Source of the DNA: an uncultured Chromatiaceae bacterium
Lineage (GTDB): Bacteria > Pseudomonadota > Gammaproteobacteria > DRLM01
Reading direction: 5' to 3'
Assembly: GCA_964458405.1 (NCBI GenBank)
Contig: CAYWIQ010000001.1
Location: 6,093 to 37,770, forward strand
DNA length: 31,678 nucleotides
The stretch's first letter is position 1; each line of letters begins with the position of its first letter. The notes under the pieces were generated by a model. The model saw only the letters and a program-made list of their open reading frames with translations. It did no database searches and was not told where the DNA came from. Shown one piece after another: positions 17,417 through 26,807 of this stretch. Made by a program: the position numbers and the translations under genes.

Positions 17417-19044
17417 GTAATCTGTTTCCTTCTTGGGTCGGCGAAGGTAATGCGAAAACAACCACCGCCATTCACGGCCGGAACATAGTTAAGGCGCGCT
17501 TGGTTAGATTCGCACAGCTCGCGAGAGATATACAAGCCGAGGCCGGTACCTTTAGGCTCCGTGGTAAAAAAAGGCTCGAAAAGATGATCTATGGCCTCGG
17601 CCGGGACGCCGTGACCGGCGTCGATTACATCGAGGAAAGGATTGGGCGAATCCTCGCTGATGCCGCCGCGTATGATCAGGCGTGGTTCGCCGCAGTTTTC
17701 CTGACTGTAGCGGATGCCGTTGTGACAGAGGTTCCACAATACCTGGTTGAGTTGGCTGGGGTCGATGCGCACGATGCAGTCCGCCGGCGTGATGTCGATA
17801 GTGATGTGCCTGTCTTCGATGTTCTGGGTATTGCAGAAAGTGGCAATGAAATCCTGCAGCCACGCCAGCAGCTCAAATTCTTCGGGTTGCGAACGTTGTC
17901 GCCGGCTGAGTTGCAATATGTTCTCCACCATGGCATTCATGCGTTGTGAATGTTGGCGGATGATTTCGGTGAGCCGCAGGTCGGCTGTATTCATCTGCGG
18001 TGATTCCGCCAGCAGTTGTCCCGCGTGGCTGATGGCGCCGAGCGGATTGCGTATCTCGTGGGCGATGCTGGCCGTGAGTCGTCCCAAAGAGGCGAGTTTC
18101 ATTTGCTGCGCCTGTTGCGCGGTCGCGGAGGTATCCTCCAGGAAGATCAAGATGCCGGCCTGGCCCAGTTTGGCGAAGCGCGGCAGTATCTCCGCACTGG
18201 AGGGGGTGGGAAGAAATGCCTGCGGTTCGCGGTCGGGATTCTCTTGCCACAACACTAAATACGCCGCCAGAGGCGGCGAGAGATCGACCAGGCGTTGTTG
18301 ATAAGGATTTTCCAGCGCGCCCAGCAGGTGCCACGCCGATTCATTTATTAACCGCACCCGCTGTTGTAGATCGATGACGATGATCCCTGTCTGCATGCGC
18401 TGTATCACGTATTCGGTAAGCTGTTGCATGTTGGCCAGGTCGACGCCCCGTTGGGCGGCTAGCTCCTCACCCTCGCGGGCGCGCTTCGCCAGGAGATAGG
18501 CCAGGGTCGCTGCAACGAAATAGGTAACGCCCAGGATGCCGGCATGGGTGAAATTGGGGCCGACGGCGACATGGTTCACCCATATGTAGAATTCTTCACC
18601 CAGGACCGCGATGGTGGTGATGGCGGCGAAGAGGATCGCCATCTGAATGGTCATCAGCATGCCGCCCCCCGCCAGGGTGGCGATCAGCAATGTGCCTAGA
18701 CCGCTGCGCACGCCGCCGCTGGCGTACATCAATAAGGTAATGCAAATGATGTCCGCGGGAAGTTGGCTGTAGAGTTGCCAATGAAAGTGCGGCTTGCGCC
18801 AGCGAATTGCCAGCGCGCTGACCAGCCCGAACAATAAATAGACGATGCTGGTATACAGAAACAGCCGCGGGTCTTCACTACCCAGTGGTGATAGATCGAT
18901 ACGGGTGGCGGCGACCAAGGTGAACAGGCCGGCCAGCAGCAAGCGATAGAGATTGAACAGGCTTAACGGCTTCCAGGTCTGGCGGTACGTCGCCGCGGCC
19001 GCCGTCGTTGGAAACGGTATGTTGGTACGGGGCTGGTCATTCAT
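17413..19044 (-). CDS. pilS: Sensor histidine kinase PilS
   Basis: Six-TM-like N-terminus (LFNLYRLLLA...LMYASGGVRSGLG), PAS, H-box AHEIRNPL, N-box NLCHNG, DAGHG and GTGLGL. Confidence 0.93.
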   Translation of the reverse strand: MNDQPRTNIPFPTTAAAATYRQTWKPLSLFNLYRLLLAGLFTLVAATRIDLSPLGSEDPRLFLYTSIVYLLFGLVSALAIRWRKPHFHWQLYSQLPADIICITLLMYASGGVRSGLGTLLIATLAGGGMLMTIQMAILFAAITTIAVLGEEFYIWVNHVAVGPNFTHAGILGVTYFVAATLAYLLAKRAREGEELAAQRGVDLANMQQLTEYVIQRMQTGIIVIDLQQRVRLINESAWHLLGALENPYQQRLVDLSPPLAAYLVLWQENPDREPQAFLPTPSSAEILPRFAKLGQAGILIFLEDTSATAQQAQQMKLASLGRLTASIAHEIRNPLGAISHAGQLLAESPQMNTADLRLTEIIRQHSQRMNAMVENILQLSRRQRSQPEEFELLAWLQDFIATFCNTQNIEDRHITIDITPADCIVRIDPSQLNQVLWNLCHNGIRYSQENCGEPRLIIRGGISEDSPNPFLDVIDAGHGVPAEAIDHLFEPFFTTEPKGTGLGLYISRELCESNQARLNYVPAVNGGGCFRITFADPRRKQIT

Positions 19045-19166
19045 TCCGTGTGACCCGCGACATTGCGCTTATTATCTTCCTAGGGAAAAAATAGTTGTGG
19101 ATTTTACATCGGCGGCAAGGCGATGACCCTGAAGGGGTGCGCTATTTTGGGAAAAGCTATTAGGCA

Positions 19167-19403
19167 TCAGGCCGAGTCGGCTTGTTGGCGGCGATGTTCT
19201 TCGCAACAATAATATTCGCCCCGTTCCTTGATGGCTTCCGCTTCGGGTAGGTGCAGACCGCAGCGGGCGCAGCGGACCATGTTTTGTGTCGATCCCGGTG
19301 GAGGAGGCGACTTTGGTGGATTAAGGAAGCCGAGAATGCGGCGCAGCGCTTGAAGCACCACCCAGACCACAACGCCGATCAGAATCAGTCGAACCAGGTT
19401 CAC
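19167..19403 (-). CDS. PP0621-like small membrane-anchored zinc-ribbon protein
   Basis: N-terminal TM (LVRLILIGVVVWVVL), then MVRCARCGLHLPEAEA...YYCCEEH; GTG start with no clear SD. Confidence 0.8.
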   Translation of the reverse strand: MNLVRLILIGVVVWVVLQALRRILGFLNPPKSPPPPGSTQNMVRCARCGLHLPEAEAIKERGEYYCCEEHRRQQADSA

Positions 19404-19415
19404 GGACGGCGCGTC

Positions 19416-19492
19416 TGGTCGGGGTGAGAGGATTCGAACCTCCGGCCCCTGCCTCCCGAAGGCAGTGCTCTACCAGGCTGAGCTACACCCCG
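19416..19492 (-). tRNA. tRNA-Pro (anticodon CGG)
   Basis: Reverse complement CGGGGTGTAGCTCAGCCTGGTAGAGCACTGCCTTCGGGAGGCAGGGGCCGGAGGTTCGAATCCTCTCACCCCGACCA: 77 nt, cloverleaf, anticodon loop TTCGGGA, GTTCGAATC T-loop, encoded CCA. Confidence 0.98.
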
Positions 19493-19493
19493 A

Positions 19494-20462
19494 TTAGTGA
19501 TCGCGTTTAACGGCAAATGCAGCGAGCGCATACATGGCGTCTTTGTAGGGCGAGGAGGGGATGGCTTCTAGGGCGGCCATGGCCAGTTCGGCCTCCTGTT
19601 GCGCTGCGCGGGCAGTGTACGCGATGGCGCCTGTGGATTCAATCGCCTGAATCACCTCGGTGATGTTATCGCGCCCACCTTCTTCAATGGCCTGGCGGAT
19701 GAAGGCGGATTGAACCGGGTTGCCGTGCTGCATGGCGTAGATGAGGGGCAGTGTGGGCTTACCCTCCGCCAAGTCGTCACCGACGTTCTTACCGATCTGA
19801 TCCGGGGCGGCGCTGTAGTCCAAGACATCGTCGATGAGTTGAAAGGCGGTTCCCAGGTGCATGCCGTAATTGCGCATGGCCAGTCGTTGTTCATTACCCT
19901 TGCCGTTGATCACCGCGCCTAATTCGGCGGCGGCCTCGAATAATTTGGCGGTCTTGGAACGGATGACATTTAAATAGCGTTGTTCGGTGGTGCCGGCGTC
20001 GCGGCAATTGAGGAGTTGCAACACCTCGCCCTCGGCGATGGTATTGGTGGCGTGGGCCATGATTTCCATGACGGCCATGTCACCGACCTCGACCATCATT
20101 TCAAAGGCCCGGGAGTAGAGGAAGTCGCCCACCAGGACGCTGGCCTCGTTGCCCCAGATGGAATTGGCCGTTTCATGACCGCGGCGCAGTTCCGAGGCAT
20201 CGACCACGTCGTCATGGAGCAGGGTGGCGGTGTGGATAAACTCGACGATGGCCGACAGGCAGACATGGTCGCGACCGCCGTAGCCGAAGGCGCGGGCGCT
20301 AAGGAGGACCATAATGGGACGTAAACGCTTGCCACCACTATTAATAATGTATTGGCCCATCTGATTGATCAGGACCACCTCGGATTGCAGTCGGGCGGCG
20401 ATCAGATCGTTGACGGCGTGCATATCGTCCGCGACCAGTGTGTATACAGCCTGGATATCCAT
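19494..20462 (-). CDS. ispB: Octaprenyl-diphosphate synthase
   Basis: GGKRLRP, FARM LLHDDVVD, SARM FQLIDDVLDY, GKNVGDDLAEGKPTLP. Start ATG 20462 (322 aa) or 20468. Confidence 0.97.
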   Translation of the reverse strand: MDIQAVYTLVADDMHAVNDLIAARLQSEVVLINQMGQYIINSGGKRLRPIMVLLSARAFGYGGRDHVCLSAIVEFIHTATLLHDDVVDASELRRGHETANSIWGNEASVLVGDFLYSRAFEMMVEVGDMAVMEIMAHATNTIAEGEVLQLLNCRDAGTTEQRYLNVIRSKTAKLFEAAAELGAVINGKGNEQRLAMRNYGMHLGTAFQLIDDVLDYSAAPDQIGKNVGDDLAEGKPTLPLIYAMQHGNPVQSAFIRQAIEEGGRDNITEVIQAIESTGAIAYTARAAQQEAELAMAALEAIPSSPYKDAMYALAAFAVKRDH

Positions 20463-20559
20463 TGCCATTAGTAAGATAGAATGCGCAGAAGCGTGCATGC
20501 TAGCGATGCCGGCCGCGCTTTGCAATTGGCAAGAGGGGATGTCCCCATTTAACCCGGAA

Positions 20560-20588
20560 TTGACGCTTGCCCGATATGTCGTTAAAAT
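20560..20588 (+). promoter_or_regulatory. Sigma70 promoter of rplU-rpmA
   Basis: TTGACG-N17-TAAAAT followed by a GC-rich discriminator (CCCGCTC), as in stringently controlled promoters. Confidence 0.75.
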
Positions 20589-20659
20589 CCCCGCTCTTTT
20601 TAGCGAGTTAATGGGTTTTCCCCTGCGCTATGTTGGGAAAACTTATGGAGAACAAAGAC

Positions 20660-20974
20660 ATGTACGCAGTAATCGTCACCGGCGGCAAGCAATACCGGGT
20701 CGTGGAAGGCGAAACCCTCAAGGTTGAGCTGCTCCCGGCCGCGGAAGGCAGCACCGTCGAATTGGACCGCGTGCTGATGGTGGGTGAAGGCGCCGACGTC
20801 AAGATCGGGGCACCCTACGTGGAGGGTGGTAAGGTCACCGCCACCGTCAAGTCCCACGGGCGTGGTGACAAGATTCGCATCGTCAAATTCCGTCGTCGCA
20901 AGCACCACCGTAAACAGATGGGGCATCGCCAGCACTATACGGAGTTGCAGATTACCGGCATTTCTGCCGGTTAA
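20660..20974 (+). CDS. rplU: 50S ribosomal protein L21
   Basis: [14 protein letters not shown]...[16 protein letters not shown]; GGAG RBS before ATG 20660. Confidence 0.98.
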   Translation: MYAVIVTGGKQYRVVEGETLKVELLPAAEGSTVELDRVLMVGEGADVKIGAPYVEGGKVTATVKSHGRGDKIRIVKFRRRKHHRKQMGHRQHYTELQITGISAG

Positions 20975-20988
20975 AATGTCTACATTTG

Positions 20989-21014
20989 TTGTCCTCCCCT
21001 AGCGGGGAGGACAA
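20989..21014. repeat. Perfect 11-bp hairpin between rplU and rpmA
   Basis: TTGTCCTCCCC-TAGC-GGGGAGGACAA, with no U-tract on either strand. Confidence 0.8.
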
Positions 21015-21043
21015 GTAAGTAATACGAGTATGAGGAATTAGCC

Positions 21044-21301
21044 ATGGCACATAAAAAAGCGGGTGGCAGCAGTCGTAACGGGCGTGATTCCCAATCCAAG
21101 CGTTTGGGCGTTAAGCGCTTCGGCGACCAGCAGGTGACGGCGGGAAACATCCTGATCCGTCAGCGCGGCACCCATTTCCATGCGGGTGACAACGTGGGTT
21201 GCGGTCGGGACCACACCTTGTTCGCCCTGGTGGATGGCAAGGTAAAGTTCGAGACCAAGGGTATCAAGCAGCGGACCTTCATCAGCGTGCTGCCCGCCTG
21301 A
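21044..21301 (+). CDS. rpmA: 50S ribosomal protein L27
   Basis: [27 protein letters not shown]...GRDHTLFA. Confidence 0.99.
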   Translation: MAHKKAGGSSRNGRDSQSKRLGVKRFGDQQVTAGNILIRQRGTHFHAGDNVGCGRDHTLFALVDGKVKFETKGIKQRTFISVLPA

Positions 21302-21344
21302 GTCGCACGTCCGGCCGAACGGCCGTCCTGATGAGTCTTACGTG

Positions 21345-21370
21345 ACCCCGCCCTCGTGGCGGGGTTTTTT
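21345..21370 (+). terminator. Intrinsic terminator after rpmA
   Basis: ACCCCGCC-CTCGT-GGCGGGGT followed by TTTTT. Confidence 0.9.
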
Positions 21371-21400
21371 GTTTCCCCGATTTGATGCATAAAGCTATAA

Positions 21401-22486
<1,086 letters not shown>

Positions 22487-22542
22487 CGGCAGGTATATCG
22501 GTTCGCTTGCGGTAAAGGGCGTGGAGCTTGTAGCTTAACCTC

Positions 22543-23670
22543 ATGCAAACACGACAAGCATTAACCAAGGCGCGCCGTTGGGTGGTAAAAGTAGGGAGTT
22601 CCCTGTTGACTGCCGACGGTCGTGGCCTGGACCATGACTTGATCGCCGCCTGGGCCGAGCAGATCACCGCCTTGCGCGCCCGCCAGGCGGACGTGGTGTT
22701 GGTGTCATCCGGTGCCGTCGCGGAGGGCATGCAGCGCCTGGGCTGGCAGCGTCGCCCCCATGCACTCTTCGAGTTGCAGGCCGCGGCGGCGGTGGGGCAG
22801 ATGGGGCTGATCCAGGCCTACGAATCCTGTTTCAAGTATCACGACGTCCATACCGCGCAAATCCTACTGACCCACGATGACCTGGCCAATCGCCAACGCT
22901 ATTTGAATGCCCATAGCACCTTGCGCACGCTGTTGAAACTGGGTGTTGTCCCGGTGGTGAATGAGAACGATACCGTGGCGGTGGACGAGATCCGTTTCGG
23001 CGACAACGATACCCTGGCGGCATTGGTGGCCAACCTCATTGATGCGGAAGTGTTGGTATTGCTGACCGATCAACCCGGCATGTACGATGCCGATCCCCGC
23101 GCCCATCCCGAGGCGACGCTGATCCGCGAGGCGCGCGCCGATGACCCGGAACTGGCGGCCATGGCCAAGAGCGGTGGGGCGGGTGGTCTGGGTCGCGGCG
23201 GTATGGTGACCAAGGTGCGCGCCGCGGCCAGAGCGGCCCGCTCCGGTGCGGCCACCGTCATTGCCTGGGGGCGCGAACCCGGGATATTGGGGCGCATTGC
23301 CGCCGGTGATGAGGTGGGGACCTTCTTCGTTCCCGCCCGCGAACCCATCGTCGCCCGCAAGCGGTGGTTGGCGGGACAACTGCAATCCAAGGGGCGCTTG
23401 CGGCTCGATGCCGGCGCGGTGCGGGTGTTGCGTCAGGCGGGACGCAGTTTACTAGCAGTGGGGGTGACCGCCGTGGAAGGGGATTTTCAGCGCGGCGAAT
23501 TGGTGGCGTGCATTGGACCCGACGGCGCGGAAGTGGCCAAAGGCCTGGTCAACTACAGTGCGGAAGAGTCACGCAAGATTATGGGACAGCCCAGTGAGCG
23601 CATCGAGGCGGTGTTGGGTTACGTTGATGAACCGGAGTTGATTCACCGCGACAATCTGGTCGTGGAATAG
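22543..23670 (+). CDS. proB: Glutamate 5-kinase with PUA domain
   Basis: [25 protein letters not shown]...FGDNDTL, GGMVTK, C-terminal PUA (LLAVGV...IHRDNLV). Confidence 0.97.
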   Translation: MQTRQALTKARRWVVKVGSSLLTADGRGLDHDLIAAWAEQITALRARQADVVLVSSGAVAEGMQRLGWQRRPHALFELQAAAAVGQMGLIQAYESCFKYHDVHTAQILLTHDDLANRQRYLNAHSTLRTLLKLGVVPVVNENDTVAVDEIRFGDNDTLAALVANLIDAEVLVLLTDQPGMYDADPRAHPEATLIREARADDPELAAMAKSGGAGGLGRGGMVTKVRAAARAARSGAATVIAWGREPGILGRIAAGDEVGTFFVPAREPIVARKRWLAGQLQSKGRLRLDAGAVRVLRQAGRSLLAVGVTAVEGDFQRGELVACIGPDGAEVAKGLVNYSAEESRKIMGQPSERIEAVLGYVDEPELIHRDNLVVE

Positions 23671-23714
23671 CCGCTGGGGGGCGTGGGGTGCGGGGTTGTG
23701 TCTCTACTGAAAAC

Positions 23715-23744
23715 AAAAAAGCCGGTTCAGACCTGACCGGCTTT
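23715..23744 (-). terminator. Intrinsic terminator after rpsT, possibly bidirectional with proB
   Basis: AAAGCCGGT-N9-ACCGGCTTT, with a six-T run on the minus strand. Confidence 0.8.
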
Positions 23745-23767
23745 CTCGTTGATTGTCGGGTTTGAAA

Positions 23768-24037
23768 TCAGCCGGCCGCCAAGGCGCGTATCCGCTGGTT
23801 CAAACGGCTCTTATGGCGGGCCGCCTTGTTCTTGTGGATGATGCCCTTGCGCGCCATGCTGTCGATGACGGGCGTGGCCGCCTTGAGCGATTCCGTAGCG
23901 CGGTCCTTGTCGCCGCTTTGCGTGGCGATGACGGCCTGCTTGATCGCGGTGCGCACCGTGGAGCGCTGACCCATGTTGTGTTGGCGGCGCTTTTCGGCCT
24001 GCCGGACACGTTTTCTTGCCTGAGACGTATTAGCCAA
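23768..24037 (-). CDS. rpsT: 30S ribosomal protein S20
   Basis: ANTSQARKRVRQ...IHKNKAARHKSRL; TTG start with a GGAG RBS, as in E. coli rpsT. Confidence 0.98.
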   Translation of the reverse strand: MANTSQARKRVRQAEKRRQHNMGQRSTVRTAIKQAVIATQSGDKDRATESLKAATPVIDSMARKGIIHKNKAARHKSRLNQRIRALAAG

Positions 24038-24078
24038 GGAACGACTCCCAAATCTGCTGCTGATACAAAGAGCCGCGT

Positions 24079-24107
24079 ATTCTGTGGGTTTTACCCCGGT
24101 TTGTCAA
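24079..24107 (-). promoter_or_regulatory. Sigma70 promoter of rpsT
   Basis: Minus strand TTGACA-N17-CAGAAT followed by a GC-rich discriminator. Confidence 0.7.
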
Positions 24108-24204
24108 TTCCCGCTCCGTTGGGGCGGATCCTCGCCCGTGGGCGAGGGGACAAGGTAAACTGCATGCATTTTTTTGCGCGAGGGTGGCCGGCTTAGGGAG
24201 GAAT

Positions 24205-25773
24205 ATGGCGAAGGGTTTGCTGAGATCCACGGTCAACGTGAGCGCTATGACGTTGATTTCGCGCGTACTGGGATTCCTGCGCGATATGGTTATCGCCAGG
24301 CTGTTCGGCGCCAGTGCCGCGGCTGACGCCTTTTTCGTGGCCTTCAGGATCCCCAACTTGTTACGGCGGCTGACCGCCGAAGGGGCCTTTTCCCAGGCCT
24401 TCGTGCCGGTGTTGTCGGAATATCGCAGCCGCCATGACGAAGCCCACGTCCGCCATTTGGTGGAACGGGTGTCGGGGACGCTGTTCGTCATCTTGACCGT
24501 GCTGACGGTCATCGGGGTGGTGGCGGCGCCGTTGTTGATCACGCTGTTCGCCCCGGGGTTTATCCACGAGAGCGGCAAGTTTGCGCTGGCAACGGCCCTG
24601 CTGCGCATTACCTTCCCTTATATCTTGCTGATTTCGTTGTCGGCGCTGGCCGGGGCGGTGTTGAACAGTTACGGCCGGTTTGCGGTGCCGGCGCTGATGC
24701 CGGTGTTTTTGAATCTATCGCTCATCGGTTGCGCGCTGGGGTTGGCGCCGCTGCTGGACCAGCCGATCATGGCCTTGGGCTGGGGCGTGTTCATCGGCGG
24801 CGTGTTGCAGTTGACCCTGCAGTTTCCGGCCTTGAAGCGGCTGGGCTTGCTGCGCTGGCCGCGCTGGGGTTGGCGCGATTCGGGTGTGCGGCGGGTATTG
24901 GCGCTGATGTTGCCGGCCGTGTTCGGCGCCTCGGTGTCACAGATCAACCTGTTGCTCAATACCGTGATCGCCTCGTTCATGGCGACCGGGAGCGTGTCGT
25001 GGCTTTATTATTCCGACCGGTTGGTGGAACTGCCGTTGGGGGTGATCGGCGTGGCCCTGGGCACGGTGATCCTGCCCAGCCTGTCGCGCAACGCGGCGGA
25101 ACGCTCGTCCCAGGAGTTTTCCCATACCCTGGATTGGGGAATGCGCTGGGTGATGTTGATCGGTGTGCCGGCGACCGTGGGGTTGATGCTGCTATCCGGC
25201 CCGGTGTTGGCGACGCTGTTTTATTATGGCAAGTTTTCTCATCATGACCTGCAGATGGCCAGTTACAGTCTGATGACCTATTCATTGGGGCTGCTGTCGT
25301 TCATGCAGGTGAAGATCCTCGCCCCGGGTTATTACGCCCGGCAGGATACGCACACCCCGGTGCGTTTCGCGCTGATCGCCATCGCCGTTAATATGGGGTT
25401 CAATCTGGTGGTGGTGGTGCCCATGATCCTGTTGAAGATCCCTGCACCCCATGCCGCGCTGGCATTGGCGACAACGGTGGCAGGTTACGTCAACGTTTGG
25501 CAGCTCTATCACGGTCTACGCCGCGACGGCGTGTATCAGCCCCGCGCGGGATGGGGGAGCCTGGTGGGACGCCTGGCGGCGGCCAACGGCGTGATGGCGC
25601 TGTTGCTGGTAGTGGCGGTACCTGGGTTGGCGCAATGGGCGGCGTGGGGTGCCGCTCAGCGGGTGGTGCATCTCGCCTTATGGATAGGCGCCGCCATGGC
25701 GACCTATGTCGTGGTGTTGCGGATCGTTGGTGTTGATTTACGCGATCTAGTGGGACGCCATCAAAAATCTTAA
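24205..25773 (+). CDS. murJ: Lipid II flippase MurJ (MviN)
   Basis: SRVLGFLRD, DAFFVAFRIPNLLRRLTAEGAFSQAFVP, YYSDRLVELPLG; ATG 24205 after GGAGG. Confidence 0.97.
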   Translation: MAKGLLRSTVNVSAMTLISRVLGFLRDMVIARLFGASAAADAFFVAFRIPNLLRRLTAEGAFSQAFVPVLSEYRSRHDEAHVRHLVERVSGTLFVILTVLTVIGVVAAPLLITLFAPGFIHESGKFALATALLRITFPYILLISLSALAGAVLNSYGRFAVPALMPVFLNLSLIGCALGLAPLLDQPIMALGWGVFIGGVLQLTLQFPALKRLGLLRWPRWGWRDSGVRRVLALMLPAVFGASVSQINLLLNTVIASFMATGSVSWLYYSDRLVELPLGVIGVALGTVILPSLSRNAAERSSQEFSHTLDWGMRWVMLIGVPATVGLMLLSGPVLATLFYYGKFSHHDLQMASYSLMTYSLGLLSFMQVKILAPGYYARQDTHTPVRFALIAIAVNMGFNLVVVVPMILLKIPAPHAALALATTVAGYVNVWQLYHGLRRDGVYQPRAGWGSLVGRLAAANGVMALLLVVAVPGLAQWAAWGAAQRVVHLALWIGAAMATYVVVLRIVGVDLRDLVGRHQKS

Positions 25774-25799
25774 GGGACATTAGCGATGATGCTTACTGC

Positions 25800-25808
25800 T
25801 GTTATACT
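25800..25808 (+). promoter_or_regulatory. Extended -10 promoter element for ribF-ileS-lspA-ispH
   Basis: TG-T-TATACT, 30 nt upstream of the ribF ATG. Confidence 0.5.
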
Positions 25809-25838
25809 GCTGCGTCTAATAGTTGCGGGCACTGTGCT

Positions 25839-26783
25839 ATGGAGTTGATCGATGGGTTGCACAATCTGCGCCCCCGTCATCGCGGCTGCGTAGCGACCAT
25901 CGGTAACTTTGATGGTGTGCATCTGGGACATCAAGCGGTATTGGGTCAGTTGGCGGAACGCGGGGCGGAGTTGGGTCTGCCCACGGCGGTCATTACCTTC
26001 GAACCACACCCCCGGGAATTTTTCGCCCGCGGCGAGGTGCCGCCGCGCCTGAGTCGTTTTCGGGAAAAGATGCAGGCATTGCGGCGCTTCTCGGTGGAGC
26101 GGGTGGTCTGCCTGCGCTTCAATCAGGCCTTGGCGAACATGGCCGCCGCCAATTTTATTGGTGAGCTGCTGGTCGACGGTTTGGGGGTGCGTTACCTGGT
26201 AGTGGGCGACGATTTCCGCTTCGGCAAGGGCCGGCAAGGTGATTTCGCCATGTTGTGCGCGGCGGGGCACGACCACGGCTTCCAAGTGGCGGCCATGCAT
26301 ACCTTCAACGTGGACGGCATGCGCGCCAGCAGTACCCGTATCCGCGAAGCGCTGGCCCGTGACGATTTGGCGACCGCCGAGAAACTGTTGGGGCGGCCGT
26401 ACCGGATGTGTGGGCGGGTGGTGCACGGTGATGAACGGGGACGCTCCATCGGCTTTGCCACCGCCAATGTCCATCTGCATCGCCATAGTTCGCCGGTGAG
26501 CGGCGTCTATGCGGTGGAGTTGTTTGGATTGGAACAAGAACCGCTGAGTGGCGTGGCCAATGTGGGGACGCGACCCACGGTGGGCGGCAGCGAGAGCCGT
26601 CTGGAAGTGCACCTGTTGGATTTCGACGCGGACATATACGGGCGTTACGTGCACGTGGATTTTTTGCGCAAGCTGCGGCCCGAGCGACGCTTCGAATCGC
26701 TGGAGGAATTGGTTGCCCAGATACGCAATGATGCGGAGCAGGCGCGGGCCTTTCACGCAGCGCGGCGCAACGGCGTAAAATGA
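25839..26783 (+). CDS. ribF: Bifunctional riboflavin kinase / FAD synthetase
   Basis: TIGNFDGVHLGHQ, VGDDFRFG, SSTRIR, GRSIGFATAN, NVGTRPT, LEVHL. Confidence 0.97.
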   Translation: MELIDGLHNLRPRHRGCVATIGNFDGVHLGHQAVLGQLAERGAELGLPTAVITFEPHPREFFARGEVPPRLSRFREKMQALRRFSVERVVCLRFNQALANMAAANFIGELLVDGLGVRYLVVGDDFRFGKGRQGDFAMLCAAGHDHGFQVAAMHTFNVDGMRASSTRIREALARDDLATAEKLLGRPYRMCGRVVHGDERGRSIGFATANVHLHRHSSPVSGVYAVELFGLEQEPLSGVANVGTRPTVGGSESRLEVHLLDFDADIYGRYVHVDFLRKLRPERRFESLEELVAQIRNDAEQARAFHAARRNGVK

Positions 26784-26807
26784 GATTATTTTAGTTACGA
26801 GTAAGCG

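Noticed and set aside
9354-19492. The pil cluster as a genomic island integrated at tRNA-Pro
   Set aside because: No integrase, no duplicated tRNA 3' end (att site) seen, and the run ends in the core genes coaE-zapD-yacG.
21302-21346. Hammerhead-ribozyme-like core CTGATGAG (21328-21335) beside a CGGCC-GAAC-GGCCG hairpin after rpmA
   Set aside because: No GAAA follows a stem II, and I could not build stem III or a cleavage triplet in any permutation. An Infernal search against hammerhead models would settle it.
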